Shown here: in pieces, positions 8,994-18,795 of the stretch
Layout of the letters: each line of letters opens with the position of its first letter
How positions within the stretch are numbered: position 1 is the first letter of the stretch
IMG/VR virus record: IMGVR_UViG_3300021962_000122
Span: 1-58,552 of that record
Strand: one strand, 5' to 3'
DNA: 58,552 nucleotides
Source: a virus
Lineage: Duplodnaviria > Caudoviricetes
Program-made: the position numbers and the translations under genes
Notes under the pieces: generated by a model
What the model was told of the DNA's origin: nothing
Database searches by the model: none
What the model saw: the letters and a program-made list of their open reading frames with translations, nothing else

Positions 8994-11900
8994 ATGCCTC
9001 AAGCTGTCCCGTTACCAGATGGTAGTTACGTAGCAATCAGAGAGGGGGAGACCCCGCAGCAGGCATATGCCCGAGCGCAGCAGATGTACCCTGAGGCGTT
9101 TAGAGTAGCAGCCCCGGCAGCGCCAAAAGAAACTACGTTTGGCGGGCAGACCAAAGAATTTTTTAAAGGTCTTGTCCCCGGCGCTATCGGGCTTGTTGAA
9201 CAAGCGGGTACTGGTATCTCAGCACTGTTACCAGAAGAACAAGAAAAAGCCACTCAAAAATACATCAAAGAAACTGCTGCCGCAGCCAAAGCCCCGTTTG
9301 CCGCTGCGCCGGGGTATGAAGACACGGTGGGGCGCAAGTTTGGTGAAGCCGCAGGTTCTATTGCACCGTTCCTTGCCACTGGGCCGTTTGGTCTGGCAGG
9401 GCGTGTAGCCGGATACGGCCTTGGTGTTGGCGCTGGTGCTGGCACACAGGTAGAAAAGTCTGCCGCTGAAGGGGCTACAGAAGGACAGCAAACAGCCGCC
9501 ACCGCACTGGGTGCCGTGGTTGGCGCATCGGAGATGTTTGCCCCTGCACGTATTCTGAAGCGTCTTGGGGAGCCTGTGCTCGAGGGTGCCACGTCGTATG
9601 TGAAACGGGCATTGATGGCTGGCGGTGAGGAAGCCGCCCAAGAAGCCGCAGCACAAGCCGCACAGAATATTATTACCAAAGGTATATACAAACCTGAGCA
9701 AGAAATTATTGAGCAGGTTGGCGAGTCTGCCGCCTACGGCGGTGCGGTCGGTGCGTTGGCACAAGGGTTGTTGGACTTGGCCATTGGTCGTCGTGCGCCC
9801 ACAACCCCGCTTACAGACGAGGTAAAACAAGCCCGTGAAGAGGCGGCAGTGCAGGCAGAACAGGAAAAGATTCGCCTGAACAGTGTCGATTACGCCCAAG
9901 AAGTGTTCCAGAAAACGCAGGAATTGGAAGCTCAGCGTACTGCGCTCAAACAACAGTTGATTCCGATAAAAAAAGGCGTGTCCCCAGAAACAGACTACGC
10001 ACACAACCGCGACATCAACCGCCAGATCGAGGCCATCAACAAAGAACTCAAGCCGTTGGCTGATGAGTACGTGCGTGTCAAGCCTATTCTGAAACGTGCT
10101 GAGGAGGAAGCAAAGATTGCCAAGCTGACTCCGTACGAGTATGCGTTGGGCTTAAAACCAGAAGAAGTAGGGCAGAAACCTGCCGAGCCTGAGCTGTATG
10201 AACAGCAAATTGCCAAGCCGCCTGAGGCACCGAAGGCAGAGGATGTTGCAGCAAAGTATGCCGCACAGAGTATTCAGTTGGCCAATGACCAACAGCTATC
10301 AAGCGAGAAAAAACCAAACGACGCTGTTGCAGACTACGTTTCCTATCTGATGCGCGACCCCATGTTGGCCGATCAGATTGTGAATAAGCGGATGCAGCTG
10401 CCCGGCCTTCCAACTGGTGTGCGTAATTCAGCCGTACTGGACGCGTTGAAACTGCAACTGGCCCCCGGCTTCAAACAAGAGATGGAAACGCGCAAAGCCG
10501 CCTTTGGTGTGCCTAAAGCCGAAGAAGTCAAGACTCCAGAAGTACAGGCGTTCACTTCGTACATGGACGACCTCAAGAGCAAGCGCAACGACGTGGGCGA
10601 CGACATGTTCTTCAAGTACATGGTCGACCCAAAACTGGAGAAGATTGCGGAAGGTAAGCCCCCAGTCATAGCCGTAAACCCTGAGCTGAAACCCTTTGCC
10701 AACATCAAACGGGCAGAGCGTTCAAGGGAAAAAATAAACGGGTTGCTTGACAACATAGACCAAGCAAACGCAGACCGTGATGTGGCTTTGCGTTCTGGAA
10801 ACCGTGACGCTGCCGACGCAGCGTTTGAAAGAGGCCAAAAAGCGTTAGAACAAATTAATGCTTTTGTAGAACCTACACCCACTGGAGAAGTGACAAAGGG
10901 AAGGTTCCCAGCAGCGGCAACAGCCCCAGAATCCAGCATCTATGCCAAAGAAATACTGCGGGTTCGCAACGAACAGAACACGGCGTTAAACACCATTGAG
11001 GACAAGATTGACCGTCTGCGTCGTGGTGAGACATTGGGCAAAGAAGAAATGGCTGCCACATCGCCAGCCATACTGGCTCAGCAAGCCGAAGAAGCCCGTG
11101 GCAAATACATCTCTGCTGTACTGGAGGAAGCCGCTATCCACCGTCGTGTGGCTGGCAAACCTGAGTTGACCTACGACGAAGCCATCAAAGCCGCGTCTCG
11201 TATTCATGATGTGGTGGGGGAGTGGCTTGACCGTGCAAAGGCTGTACCCAAAAAGCCCGAGCTTGAAGAAGTGATCGTGCAGCCCGCGCAGATGCGGGCA
11301 AACAAACTTGTCCGTGGAGCTGTTACCAAACGTGTTTTGAAGACGCGTGATCTGGCCACAACGCCTTTAAACGAAATTGCACGCTTGAGCGACAAAGAAG
11401 TCAAACACTTCAAAGCTCAGATTGCCAAGGTTGTCGACAGCTTATCCGAATTGCCATCCACAGCCACTCGCGAAGTGCCCGTACTGAAGCAGCAGTTTGC
11501 TGCCACCGAAGCGCAGAAGGTTGCTGAAGCCAAAGGCGAGACAGCCAAGACCCTTGGCGGAGAGCTACGCCGCCTGCGTGAATACGTGGGCAACATGATT
11601 GACAAAGCGTTGACACGCAACCCACCGGAAGAAATACAAAATTCACTGGAACGCGTCAAAGAGATCATTGACGACGGCAAAGCCAGTAAAGAGTTACTTG
11701 ACGCAGCCCAGAATCAAGCTGCACGCATTCTGCGTGGCGAAGACCTCGGCAAGCAGGTGTACACAAAACGCGAAGCTGTCCCCGGCAAACGTGTTGTAGA
11801 AAATGTCCCCGGCAGAGAAGCTGAGACACGTTTTGGGGAACGCGGGCGCACATACAAGTCAGTGGGCTACGAAGCCGAACTGGCACCCGAGGGTAGCGCA

Positions 11901-14900
11901 CTGCGTGAGCTTCAAGATGCCATAAAGCTGTACGAACGTACAGCACAAGAAGGTGAAGTTGCGGGAGAAGGCGCAAAAGGCCAAGGGCAGTTGTTCCCAG
12001 AGACACGCAAAGAACTTGGCTACATCCGTGCCACACCAGCCAACTTTGCCAAGTCCCCACAGATCAAACCTGTATGGGAGGCGTTGGAACAAGCACGCAA
12101 GCTCAAGGCAAAAACAGAAGCCAACCAGAAAGCTCGTTCTGTCAGAGACAAACAAGGCTTTGCGCAAGTTGAAGCAATAGAAGAACAACTTGAAGCCATT
12201 AAAAACCAAATGCAGTTTTTCTTGCTTAAGCCGGGAGACTTCAATATTGGTAAATACTCAAATGCAGACATTGCAAAAATGTTTGCGTCATATCCAGAAG
12301 CAGGCGTTACAAAAGAAGACAAGCTGCTGATGGATCGGTACTTGCAAGTGTCTAGACAAAGTATTGGTAAAACAAAGGATCAACAAGAAAAAGCCATGTC
12401 CGTGTTTACTGCGGAAGAAAAGGCACGCGTAAATGAGTTAATCAGCGACTTCAACACAAACAAAATCCCTGAGTACGAAAAGAATGTTAAGCAGGCGCTG
12501 CAAGCGCTCTCATTGGGACAGCGTCTTGAAAGCACGAATAACCGTTTAGTTGAGTTGATGCAAGACAACAATGCGGCTGTGCGTAAACAATCAGAAGCAG
12601 CCCGCAAAACTGTTGAACCACTACTGGAGAAGTTAAAGCTTATCAAAGCCAGTTTGCGTAATTCTGTTTTGTTAACTGACGGCCAACGTGCAATGCTTGA
12701 TTCTGAAATTGCGTTGCAGTCACAACGTGGCGCATACAAAGACGCCATGGCCAAGGCAATGGGCAAAGCCCGTCAACGCCTGAGCGATACGTTGGGTGAG
12801 TTGCTTGACCCTGAAATTGAACGCGCACGTCGTGCGTTGAAAGCAGCCAAGACACGTTTGGCCACAGTCGAGTCGCAGATTGAAACGGCAAAGAAAGAAA
12901 TGACTGAGGGTACTGGCCAAGCGCCAAACCTGATTAACAACTTGCAAAAAGTTCAAGGGCTTGTTGAGAACATTGAGAAGGCTGAGACCGAACTGGCTGA
13001 CTTGCAAGAAGCACGCTTTGGTGAAATTGAGAACGACGTTGTTGTTACCGAAGCCATGCTGGACAAAGACCTCAAGGCAGAACGTGAGTACTTAGAACTG
13101 CTTGAGCGACAACTGGCTGATATGCGCAAAGAACCGTTGACTGCTGTAGAGCTTGGTGGTCGTGGTGAACTGGGCAAGTTGAAGTATCCGTTCTCTGCAC
13201 AACGTTTGGAAACACAAGTAAAGGCACAACAAGCGGCTGTTGATGAAGCGCAAAAGCGTGCTGAAGAATTCCAAAAAGACGTGCAGGTTTGGTGGCCCAA
13301 AGTTACTGCCGCATTCAAGAAAGATGGAATCAGCATCAAAGACTTGCCCGGCGCAGTGTTTAAGAAAGGCCGCAAAGTTGCTGAGATTGTTACGCCAGAA
13401 CAAAAACGCCTTGATGATTTACGTGACAAAGGTGTGCAGGCTGCAAAAGAAGTTGACGAAGCCGCAGTGCGTCAGCGGGTCAAAGACAAACAGATTCAAT
13501 TGTTCGATGACGAAATCTTTGATGCGCGTGGTGAAGTGCAGGCGTTTATGGGGCCTGAGGACATGGAAAAGTTGGCCGACATCATGGCTGACCCCAAGAC
13601 TACCAACGTCAAACGTGTACAGGCTACGCTCAAGCTGGGCGCTATGCAAAAAGTTGCTTCGTTGGAAGCACAAAAACAAGCGTTCATTGAGGGCAAGCCT
13701 GCACCAAAACCAAAAACTGCTACTGTGCCGAGCACCGTTGCGTTGGCGGCGGCTAAACCGTTTCGTACTGGCTCAGGCGTAGCAAAAGCGTTTACTCCAG
13801 CAGAAATGGATGAGCTGGCTCGCGCTGATATACGTGATGCCAATGAGTTGGCCAAAAAGATTCTGGGTACAAAAGCGCCGCAGTTGCCAGAACCAAGCAA
13901 ACGCAAGCAAGGCAAGATGCCTGACCCCAACCTTGGTTTGTTTGATGACTTTGAGTTTTCTCGCGGCACACCAGTTAAAGGTCTGACCAAGGCTGAGCTT
14001 GAAGCCGAACTCACTGCTGGTATGGGCGAGCCAGTTACTGGGCGCAAGATAGAAGCGATGGTGTCCAATAAATTGGCGGTGTATGAAAGTGTTCAAGATT
14101 TCCTTGACAAGCAACCAAAATTAAAAGGTGTAGGTAAGTCCAAATACGAGGGTTTAATCCCAGCAGATGCCAAAGGCTTTGTGCAAGATGGTAAAGCGGT
14201 ACTGTTTGCCAACAACATTGGTAAAGGCCACGGACTGGGCGTACTGCTCCACGAAGTCGGCGTGCATTTGGGATTCCGCAACTTCTTTAACGAAGGCCAG
14301 TACAACGCGTTGGTTAAGACAGTCAAGAACTGGGCAAACAAAACTGAAGACTCATTGGAAGCGCGTGTTGGTAAAGCCGCCGTGCGCAGGGTTGAGGCTG
14401 CTAACACTCCACCACACCAGATTGACGATGAGTTGTTGGCATACGCTGTTGAAGAAGCCATGCAGATGGGTGTAGAGCCTGTTGGCGTTAAAGGCGGCAA
14501 CGCAGTCAAAAACTGGTTGAAGATGGTGGTCGATGGGTTCAAGAAAGCGCTTGAGAAGTTTGGCATCACTTCTAAGAACTTGACTGCTGGCGACTTGGTT
14601 AACTTTGCCTACGGCGCAGCACACCTTGAACTCAAGGGAACTTGGCACGGCACAGGTGTTAAATTTGATATGTTTGACCATACGTACATGAGCACCGGGT
14701 CAAACGCACAAACGTATGGTTGGGGAACATACCGTGCACAAAAGTACGGCACTGCGCAGTCATATCAAATTGATGCAGCTACAAAACAGTACGACGATTG
14801 GGTTGAACGCCCAGATATACAAGCATGGCTTGAATCACAAAAACCTAAATTTACAGGTAAGTTGCCATCTGGTATTCCTGAGCAATTTTTAGTCATGCCT

Positions 14901-17900
14901 TTGGTTGAAGCCAATAACGCGTACGGAGGTCAAAACCCAAATAAAATTTTTAAAGAAGCTGTTCAAGGCGAAATTGAAAACATTGAAGAGGAAAGAAAAC
15001 AGTTTTCTAATTTAAGTAGTGCGCCGCGTGCTGTACTTGCATCACAAGTATCGCCTGCTAGGGCCGCAATAGCAGCGGCACAGTCTTCTGCACGCGTAAC
15101 TGCCAGACCCATAACTGCAACACCAGTTAGAAACTATGGGTACGGGCCTGTAACTAAACCTTTAAGTTGGCGTGTGGAATGGATGCGGGGGTTGTCTGAC
15201 GCAGAAGTAGATAAAAAAATTGAAGAGCTTAAAAAGTTTGCAGAAACTGCTGACGAACATTTAGAAGCGGTCAATCAATTTCCTGTCTATAAAGGCAAAG
15301 AATACATTGAGTTGTACAAAGCGTACCCCACTGCCGCAAAGGTCATACACGCATTTGACAAAATGATGGACGCCAACCAAGGCACACCACCGTCTTGGAA
15401 AGAAGCTATTGCCAGTGTGAAAGCTGAAGCAAGCAAAAGCGTAAAAGAGTTGGGGGAGTTTTTTGAACGTTTTACATACGGAAAAGACCCGTACACAAAA
15501 CAGGTGTACGACGAAGCAAAAGAAACTTTACGTGACATTGATGCGTTTGACATAAACGACTTTAAGTACAACCCTCCGTCTGGGCCACCTGTACCTGAAC
15601 CAGCAGGTTACATGATGCGCACGTTGCACACACGTCCTGAGAACGAGTACATTCTTTATGACAGCCTTGCAGACAAACAACCAGAAGTTGTTAAAGATGC
15701 GTTTAAACGTATCTACGATAATTTAGATAAAAAACAACAAGCTGTTTTTAACCGTTCAATAGGCTTTGTACGACCAGATCGGCAAAACGGGCGCGATTTG
15801 TATAACGCTTTAAGTGCCGTGCTTGAACAAGGCGGTATGCCTAGTAAGTTGTGCGACATGTTTGCATCTGAAATGCTGCATGCCGAAGGTGTTGCTGGTA
15901 TTAAGTTTTTTGACGGCGTGTCAAGATACTCAGCAGCACAAGGTACTCCGGGCACATACAACTACGTTGACTTTGGTGACAAAGATGAAGGTGCGCAGAT
16001 CATTGCCACCGACATTAATCCGATCAATCAAACACAGCCAATGCAAAAAAGCGAGATACTGTTCTCGCGTTCAGAAGAGTTTACAAACCCTGAGCTTGCC
16101 AAACAAAGCAAGTTTATTGCCAAAATTGTGGCCAAGCAAAGAAGCTGGTCTGAAAAGATTAAAGCCAATACAACCGGGCTGGCTTTTGAAACACAGCTTG
16201 TAGATAGATTTGCAGGCTTCGAGCGTTTGGCCAAATACATGGATCCGGTCAAAGGCACGCAGATGATGTACTACCTGCGCATGTATGACCAACGCATGAA
16301 TTTTGTGTCTCAAGCAGTATCCAATGGCGCACCGGCAATCGTGGAGAAAACACGGCCTGACGGCAAGGTTGAGCGTTTGATTGAGAGCAAAGAGAGCGCC
16401 AACATCCACAATGTTGTTCAGATTTTGAAAGAAGCCCAGCCAATGGTTGGCAACGCAGAAGCTGTAAACCGCATATTCACTTTGTACATGGCCGCTATTC
16501 GTGCGGACAACAAAGGATTGTCTTCATTGAACTTTGGTGAAGACGTTACACAAGAACTGCTCAACGAAACCATGGCCGCCATAAAGGCCACACCCGGCTT
16601 GGAAAAAGTTTTGAAGCAAGCTAAAGATGAGTACAACGCCTACAACCGTAATTTGGTTGAGTTTGTTGTCAGCACTGGCGCTCTTTCCAAAGAAGTCGGC
16701 AAGCGTCTGCTGAGCGAAAACGATTACATACCGTTCTACCGTGAACGCAATGGCGTGGCTGAGCTTGTTATTGGCAACGAATCTCCTATCCGCATTGGTA
16801 GTATTGCTGAGCAGCCGTATCTGCATGAACTTGTTGGTGGCGACAGGCCCATCCTCGACTTCATGACCAGCTCGGTGCAGAACACCAATCTGTTGATGGA
16901 CATGGGTATGCGCAACTTGGCAACCAAGAACGCTGTGTTTGAGCTGGTTGATTTGAAAGCTGCCAAGTTTGTGAAAATGTCTGCTGGCCCAGACGTTGTT
17001 AAATTCAAAGACAACGGAGAAGATCGCTACGCAGTGCTGGCTACCGAAAAAGTAAAAATTGGCAACAAAGAGTTTGATACTGGCGTTCCTGCCGACATAT
17101 TGGTCAAAGGCATGGAGGGCATCCCAACACAGATGCCAGCAATGTTACGCGTCATGGCGTTCCCAGCACAGATACTGCGCAAAGCTATTACCCTCAGCCC
17201 TTTGTACACAGCCAAACAGTTGTTCCGTGACTCCGTGGCCGCGCCTATTCTTTCTGGCGCAGACTTCATGCCTGTCATTGGTGCGCTGAAAGAAATCAAC
17301 TCCACCACCAAGCAGACGCTTGAGCGCCGTGGTGTTACCGGAGGCCAGCAGTTTGTTGGTGGTGCCGAAGATTTGACCAAGATTCTGCGTGATGTGTCTG
17401 AGGGCAAACCGGGCTGGATGACTGCGCTTGGTAAGCTTGAAGCCATGAGTATGGAAGCAGATGCCGCAACACGTCGCGCCCAGTACAACAGCTACATTCA
17501 GCAGGGCCTGTCTGAGATGGAAGCAACACTGCTGTCGTTGGAGTCCATGAACTTCAACAAGCGCGGCGCGTCACCATCAATCCATGTGGCCAACTCCCTG
17601 ATACCTTTTTTCAACGCACAGATTCAAGGTCTGAACGTGTTGTACAAAGCGTCTATGGGCAAGATGCCATTCAACGATCAGCTGCGTATCCGTGAAAAAA
17701 TGATGCAGCGTGGTGCCATGATGGCAGTTGCAAGCCTTGCTTACGCCGCCTTGATGCAGGACGACGAAGCTTACAAAAACGCCACACCCGATCAAAAATA
17801 CGGCAATTGGTTTATTCGTGTGCCGGGTTTAGACGAACCCATCAAACTCCCTGTGCCGTTTGAAATCGGTTACATCTTCAAGGCGTTGCCTGAGGCAATA

Positions 17901-18656
17901 CTCAACAGCATGGTGAACGAGCACGGCGGTGAGGAAGCGGTCAAAGCTTTCAAACAAATCCTGCTTCAAACAGTTCCCGGCGGTTCGTCTTACGGCATCC
18001 CGCAGATCATGAAACCCGCCATCGAAGCAGGACTTGGCAAGTCGTTCTACACAGGTAGGGACATCTTGTCTGCGCGAGAGAAAGAGTTGTTGCCTGAAGA
18101 ACAGTTCCGCGCCAACACATCCGAGCTGGCTAAAGGTATTGGTAAAACACTGGGTATCTCTCCGATTGTGTTTGAGCAACTTGTCAGTGGTTACACCGGC
18201 ACAATGGGTTTGGCATTTATGCACGCACTTAGTGTTGGCGTGCCTACGGATGAGAGTCCTGATAAAGCAGTTAAACGTTTGTCAGAGTACCCAATCGTTG
18301 GTGGGGCGTTCCAACCAAACGACGCTGGTGGCATCATCAACAGCGTGTACGAGCGCATGAATGAAAATCTCAAGGTCAAGAACACCTTCAATAAGTTGGC
18401 ACAAGAAGGCAGAATGTCTGAAGCTATGGCGTTGCTTCAACGTCGTGGTAATGAGTTCATGCAAGCAGACTTGGCGAACAGTTTCAAAGCCAACATGAAC
18501 AAACTTGCTCAGGCTGAACGGGCAATTGCAGCATCCAACATGTCCCCCGAAGCCAAGCGCGAACAGCTGGACAAAATCAGGAAGATAAAGATCGCCGTTG
18601 CTCAAACGGTGAGAGAGGTTTCCGATAAAACCATACGCCTAACAAGCCCCTTCTAA
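8994..18656 (+). CDS. Giant polyvalent virion protein: coiled coils, zincin-like peptidase, ART-like domain, LPD38-like C-terminus
   Basis: 3220-aa ORF containing LLHEVGVH...DDELLAY, WHGT...TG...AQTYGWGTY...GIKFFD...YNYVDF, and C-terminal IPFFNAQIQG...LPVPFEIG. Confidence 0.75.
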   Translation: MPQAVPLPDGSYVAIREGETPQQAYARAQQMYPEAFRVAAPAAPKETTFGGQTKEFFKGLVPGAIGLVEQAGTGISALLPEEQEKATQKYIKETAAAAKAPFAAAPGYEDTVGRKFGEAAGSIAPFLATGPFGLAGRVAGYGLGVGAGAGTQVEKSAAEGATEGQQTAATALGAVVGASEMFAPARILKRLGEPVLEGATSYVKRALMAGGEEAAQEAAAQAAQNIITKGIYKPEQEIIEQVGESAAYGGAVGALAQGLLDLAIGRRAPTTPLTDEVKQAREEAAVQAEQEKIRLNSVDYAQEVFQKTQELEAQRTALKQQLIPIKKGVSPETDYAHNRDINRQIEAINKELKPLADEYVRVKPILKRAEEEAKIAKLTPYEYALGLKPEEVGQKPAEPELYEQQIAKPPEAPKAEDVAAKYAAQSIQLANDQQLSSEKKPNDAVADYVSYLMRDPMLADQIVNKRMQLPGLPTGVRNSAVLDALKLQLAPGFKQEMETRKAAFGVPKAEEVKTPEVQAFTSYMDDLKSKRNDVGDDMFFKYMVDPKLEKIAEGKPPVIAVNPELKPFANIKRAERSREKINGLLDNIDQANADRDVALRSGNRDAADAAFERGQKALEQINAFVEPTPTGEVTKGRFPAAATAPESSIYAKEILRVRNEQNTALNTIEDKIDRLRRGETLGKEEMAATSPAILAQQAEEARGKYISAVLEEAAIHRRVAGKPELTYDEAIKAASRIHDVVGEWLDRAKAVPKKPELEEVIVQPAQMRANKLVRGAVTKRVLKTRDLATTPLNEIARLSDKEVKHFKAQIAKVVDSLSELPSTATREVPVLKQQFAATEAQKVAEAKGETAKTLGGELRRLREYVGNMIDKALTRNPPEEIQNSLERVKEIIDDGKASKELLDAAQNQAARILRGEDLGKQVYTKREAVPGKRVVENVPGREAETRFGERGRTYKSVGYEAELAPEGSALRELQDAIKLYERTAQEGEVAGEGAKGQGQLFPETRKELGYIRATPANFAKSPQIKPVWEALEQARKLKAKTEANQKARSVRDKQGFAQVEAIEEQLEAIKNQMQFFLLKPGDFNIGKYSNADIAKMFASYPEAGVTKEDKLLMDRYLQVSRQSIGKTKDQQEKAMSVFTAEEKARVNELISDFNTNKIPEYEKNVKQALQALSLGQRLESTNNRLVELMQDNNAAVRKQSEAARKTVEPLLEKLKLIKASLRNSVLLTDGQRAMLDSEIALQSQRGAYKDAMAKAMGKARQRLSDTLGELLDPEIERARRALKAAKTRLATVESQIETAKKEMTEGTGQAPNLINNLQKVQGLVENIEKAETELADLQEARFGEIENDVVVTEAMLDKDLKAEREYLELLERQLADMRKEPLTAVELGGRGELGKLKYPFSAQRLETQVKAQQAAVDEAQKRAEEFQKDVQVWWPKVTAAFKKDGISIKDLPGAVFKKGRKVAEIVTPEQKRLDDLRDKGVQAAKEVDEAAVRQRVKDKQIQLFDDEIFDARGEVQAFMGPEDMEKLADIMADPKTTNVKRVQATLKLGAMQKVASLEAQKQAFIEGKPAPKPKTATVPSTVALAAAKPFRTGSGVAKAFTPAEMDELARADIRDANELAKKILGTKAPQLPEPSKRKQGKMPDPNLGLFDDFEFSRGTPVKGLTKAELEAELTAGMGEPVTGRKIEAMVSNKLAVYESVQDFLDKQPKLKGVGKSKYEGLIPADAKGFVQDGKAVLFANNIGKGHGLGVLLHEVGVHLGFRNFFNEGQYNALVKTVKNWANKTEDSLEARVGKAAVRRVEAANTPPHQIDDELLAYAVEEAMQMGVEPVGVKGGNAVKNWLKMVVDGFKKALEKFGITSKNLTAGDLVNFAYGAAHLELKGTWHGTGVKFDMFDHTYMSTGSNAQTYGWGTYRAQKYGTAQSYQIDAATKQYDDWVERPDIQAWLESQKPKFTGKLPSGIPEQFLVMPLVEANNAYGGQNPNKIFKEAVQGEIENIEEERKQFSNLSSAPRAVLASQVSPARAAIAAAQSSARVTARPITATPVRNYGYGPVTKPLSWRVEWMRGLSDAEVDKKIEELKKFAETADEHLEAVNQFPVYKGKEYIELYKAYPTAAKVIHAFDKMMDANQGTPPSWKEAIASVKAEASKSVKELGEFFERFTYGKDPYTKQVYDEAKETLRDIDAFDINDFKYNPPSGPPVPEPAGYMMRTLHTRPENEYILYDSLADKQPEVVKDAFKRIYDNLDKKQQAVFNRSIGFVRPDRQNGRDLYNALSAVLEQGGMPSKLCDMFASEMLHAEGVAGIKFFDGVSRYSAAQGTPGTYNYVDFGDKDEGAQIIATDINPINQTQPMQKSEILFSRSEEFTNPELAKQSKFIAKIVAKQRSWSEKIKANTTGLAFETQLVDRFAGFERLAKYMDPVKGTQMMYYLRMYDQRMNFVSQAVSNGAPAIVEKTRPDGKVERLIESKESANIHNVVQILKEAQPMVGNAEAVNRIFTLYMAAIRADNKGLSSLNFGEDVTQELLNETMAAIKATPGLEKVLKQAKDEYNAYNRNLVEFVVSTGALSKEVGKRLLSENDYIPFYRERNGVAELVIGNESPIRIGSIAEQPYLHELVGGDRPILDFMTSSVQNTNLLMDMGMRNLATKNAVFELVDLKAAKFVKMSAGPDVVKFKDNGEDRYAVLATEKVKIGNKEFDTGVPADILVKGMEGIPTQMPAMLRVMAFPAQILRKAITLSPLYTAKQLFRDSVAAPILSGADFMPVIGALKEINSTTKQTLERRGVTGGQQFVGGAEDLTKILRDVSEGKPGWMTALGKLEAMSMEADAATRRAQYNSYIQQGLSEMEATLLSLESMNFNKRGASPSIHVANSLIPFFNAQIQGLNVLYKASMGKMPFNDQLRIREKMMQRGAMMAVASLAYAALMQDDEAYKNATPDQKYGNWFIRVPGLDEPIKLPVPFEIGYIFKALPEAILNSMVNEHGGEEAVKAFKQILLQTVPGGSSYGIPQIMKPAIEAGLGKSFYTGRDILSAREKELLPEEQFRANTSELAKGIGKTLGISPIVFEQLVSGYTGTMGLAFMHALSVGVPTDESPDKAVKRLSEYPIVGGAFQPNDAGGIINSVYERMNENLKVKNTFNKLAQEGRMSEAMALLQRRGNEFMQADLANSFKANMNKLAQAERAIAASNMSPEAKREQLDKIRKIKIAVAQTVREVSDKTIRLTSPF

Positions 18657-18795
18657 CACCAATGAAAGCTTGCGTGCGGTACTTGTAGGGAATTGAGGCG
18701 CGTAGCCCCAATTCCTTTACCTTCTCAACGTCCAGCCCCGGCACAAAAAACCCTTCACCCGGCTTAAGTGTCGCCCACGGATATATTGTTTCCAT
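18577..18795 (-). CDS. Small hypothetical protein
   Basis: YPWATLKPGEGFFVP motif. Its start overlaps the end of the primase gene. Confidence 0.55.
   Translation of the reverse strand: METIYPWATLKPGEGFFVPGLDVEKVKELGLRASIPYKYRTQAFIGVRRGLLGVWFYRKPLSPFEQRRSLSS

Noticed and set aside
8994-18656. N4-like virion RNA polymerase suggested by gene size
   Set aside because: No single-subunit or multi-subunit RNAP catalytic motifs were recognised. The motifs fit polyvalent proteins.
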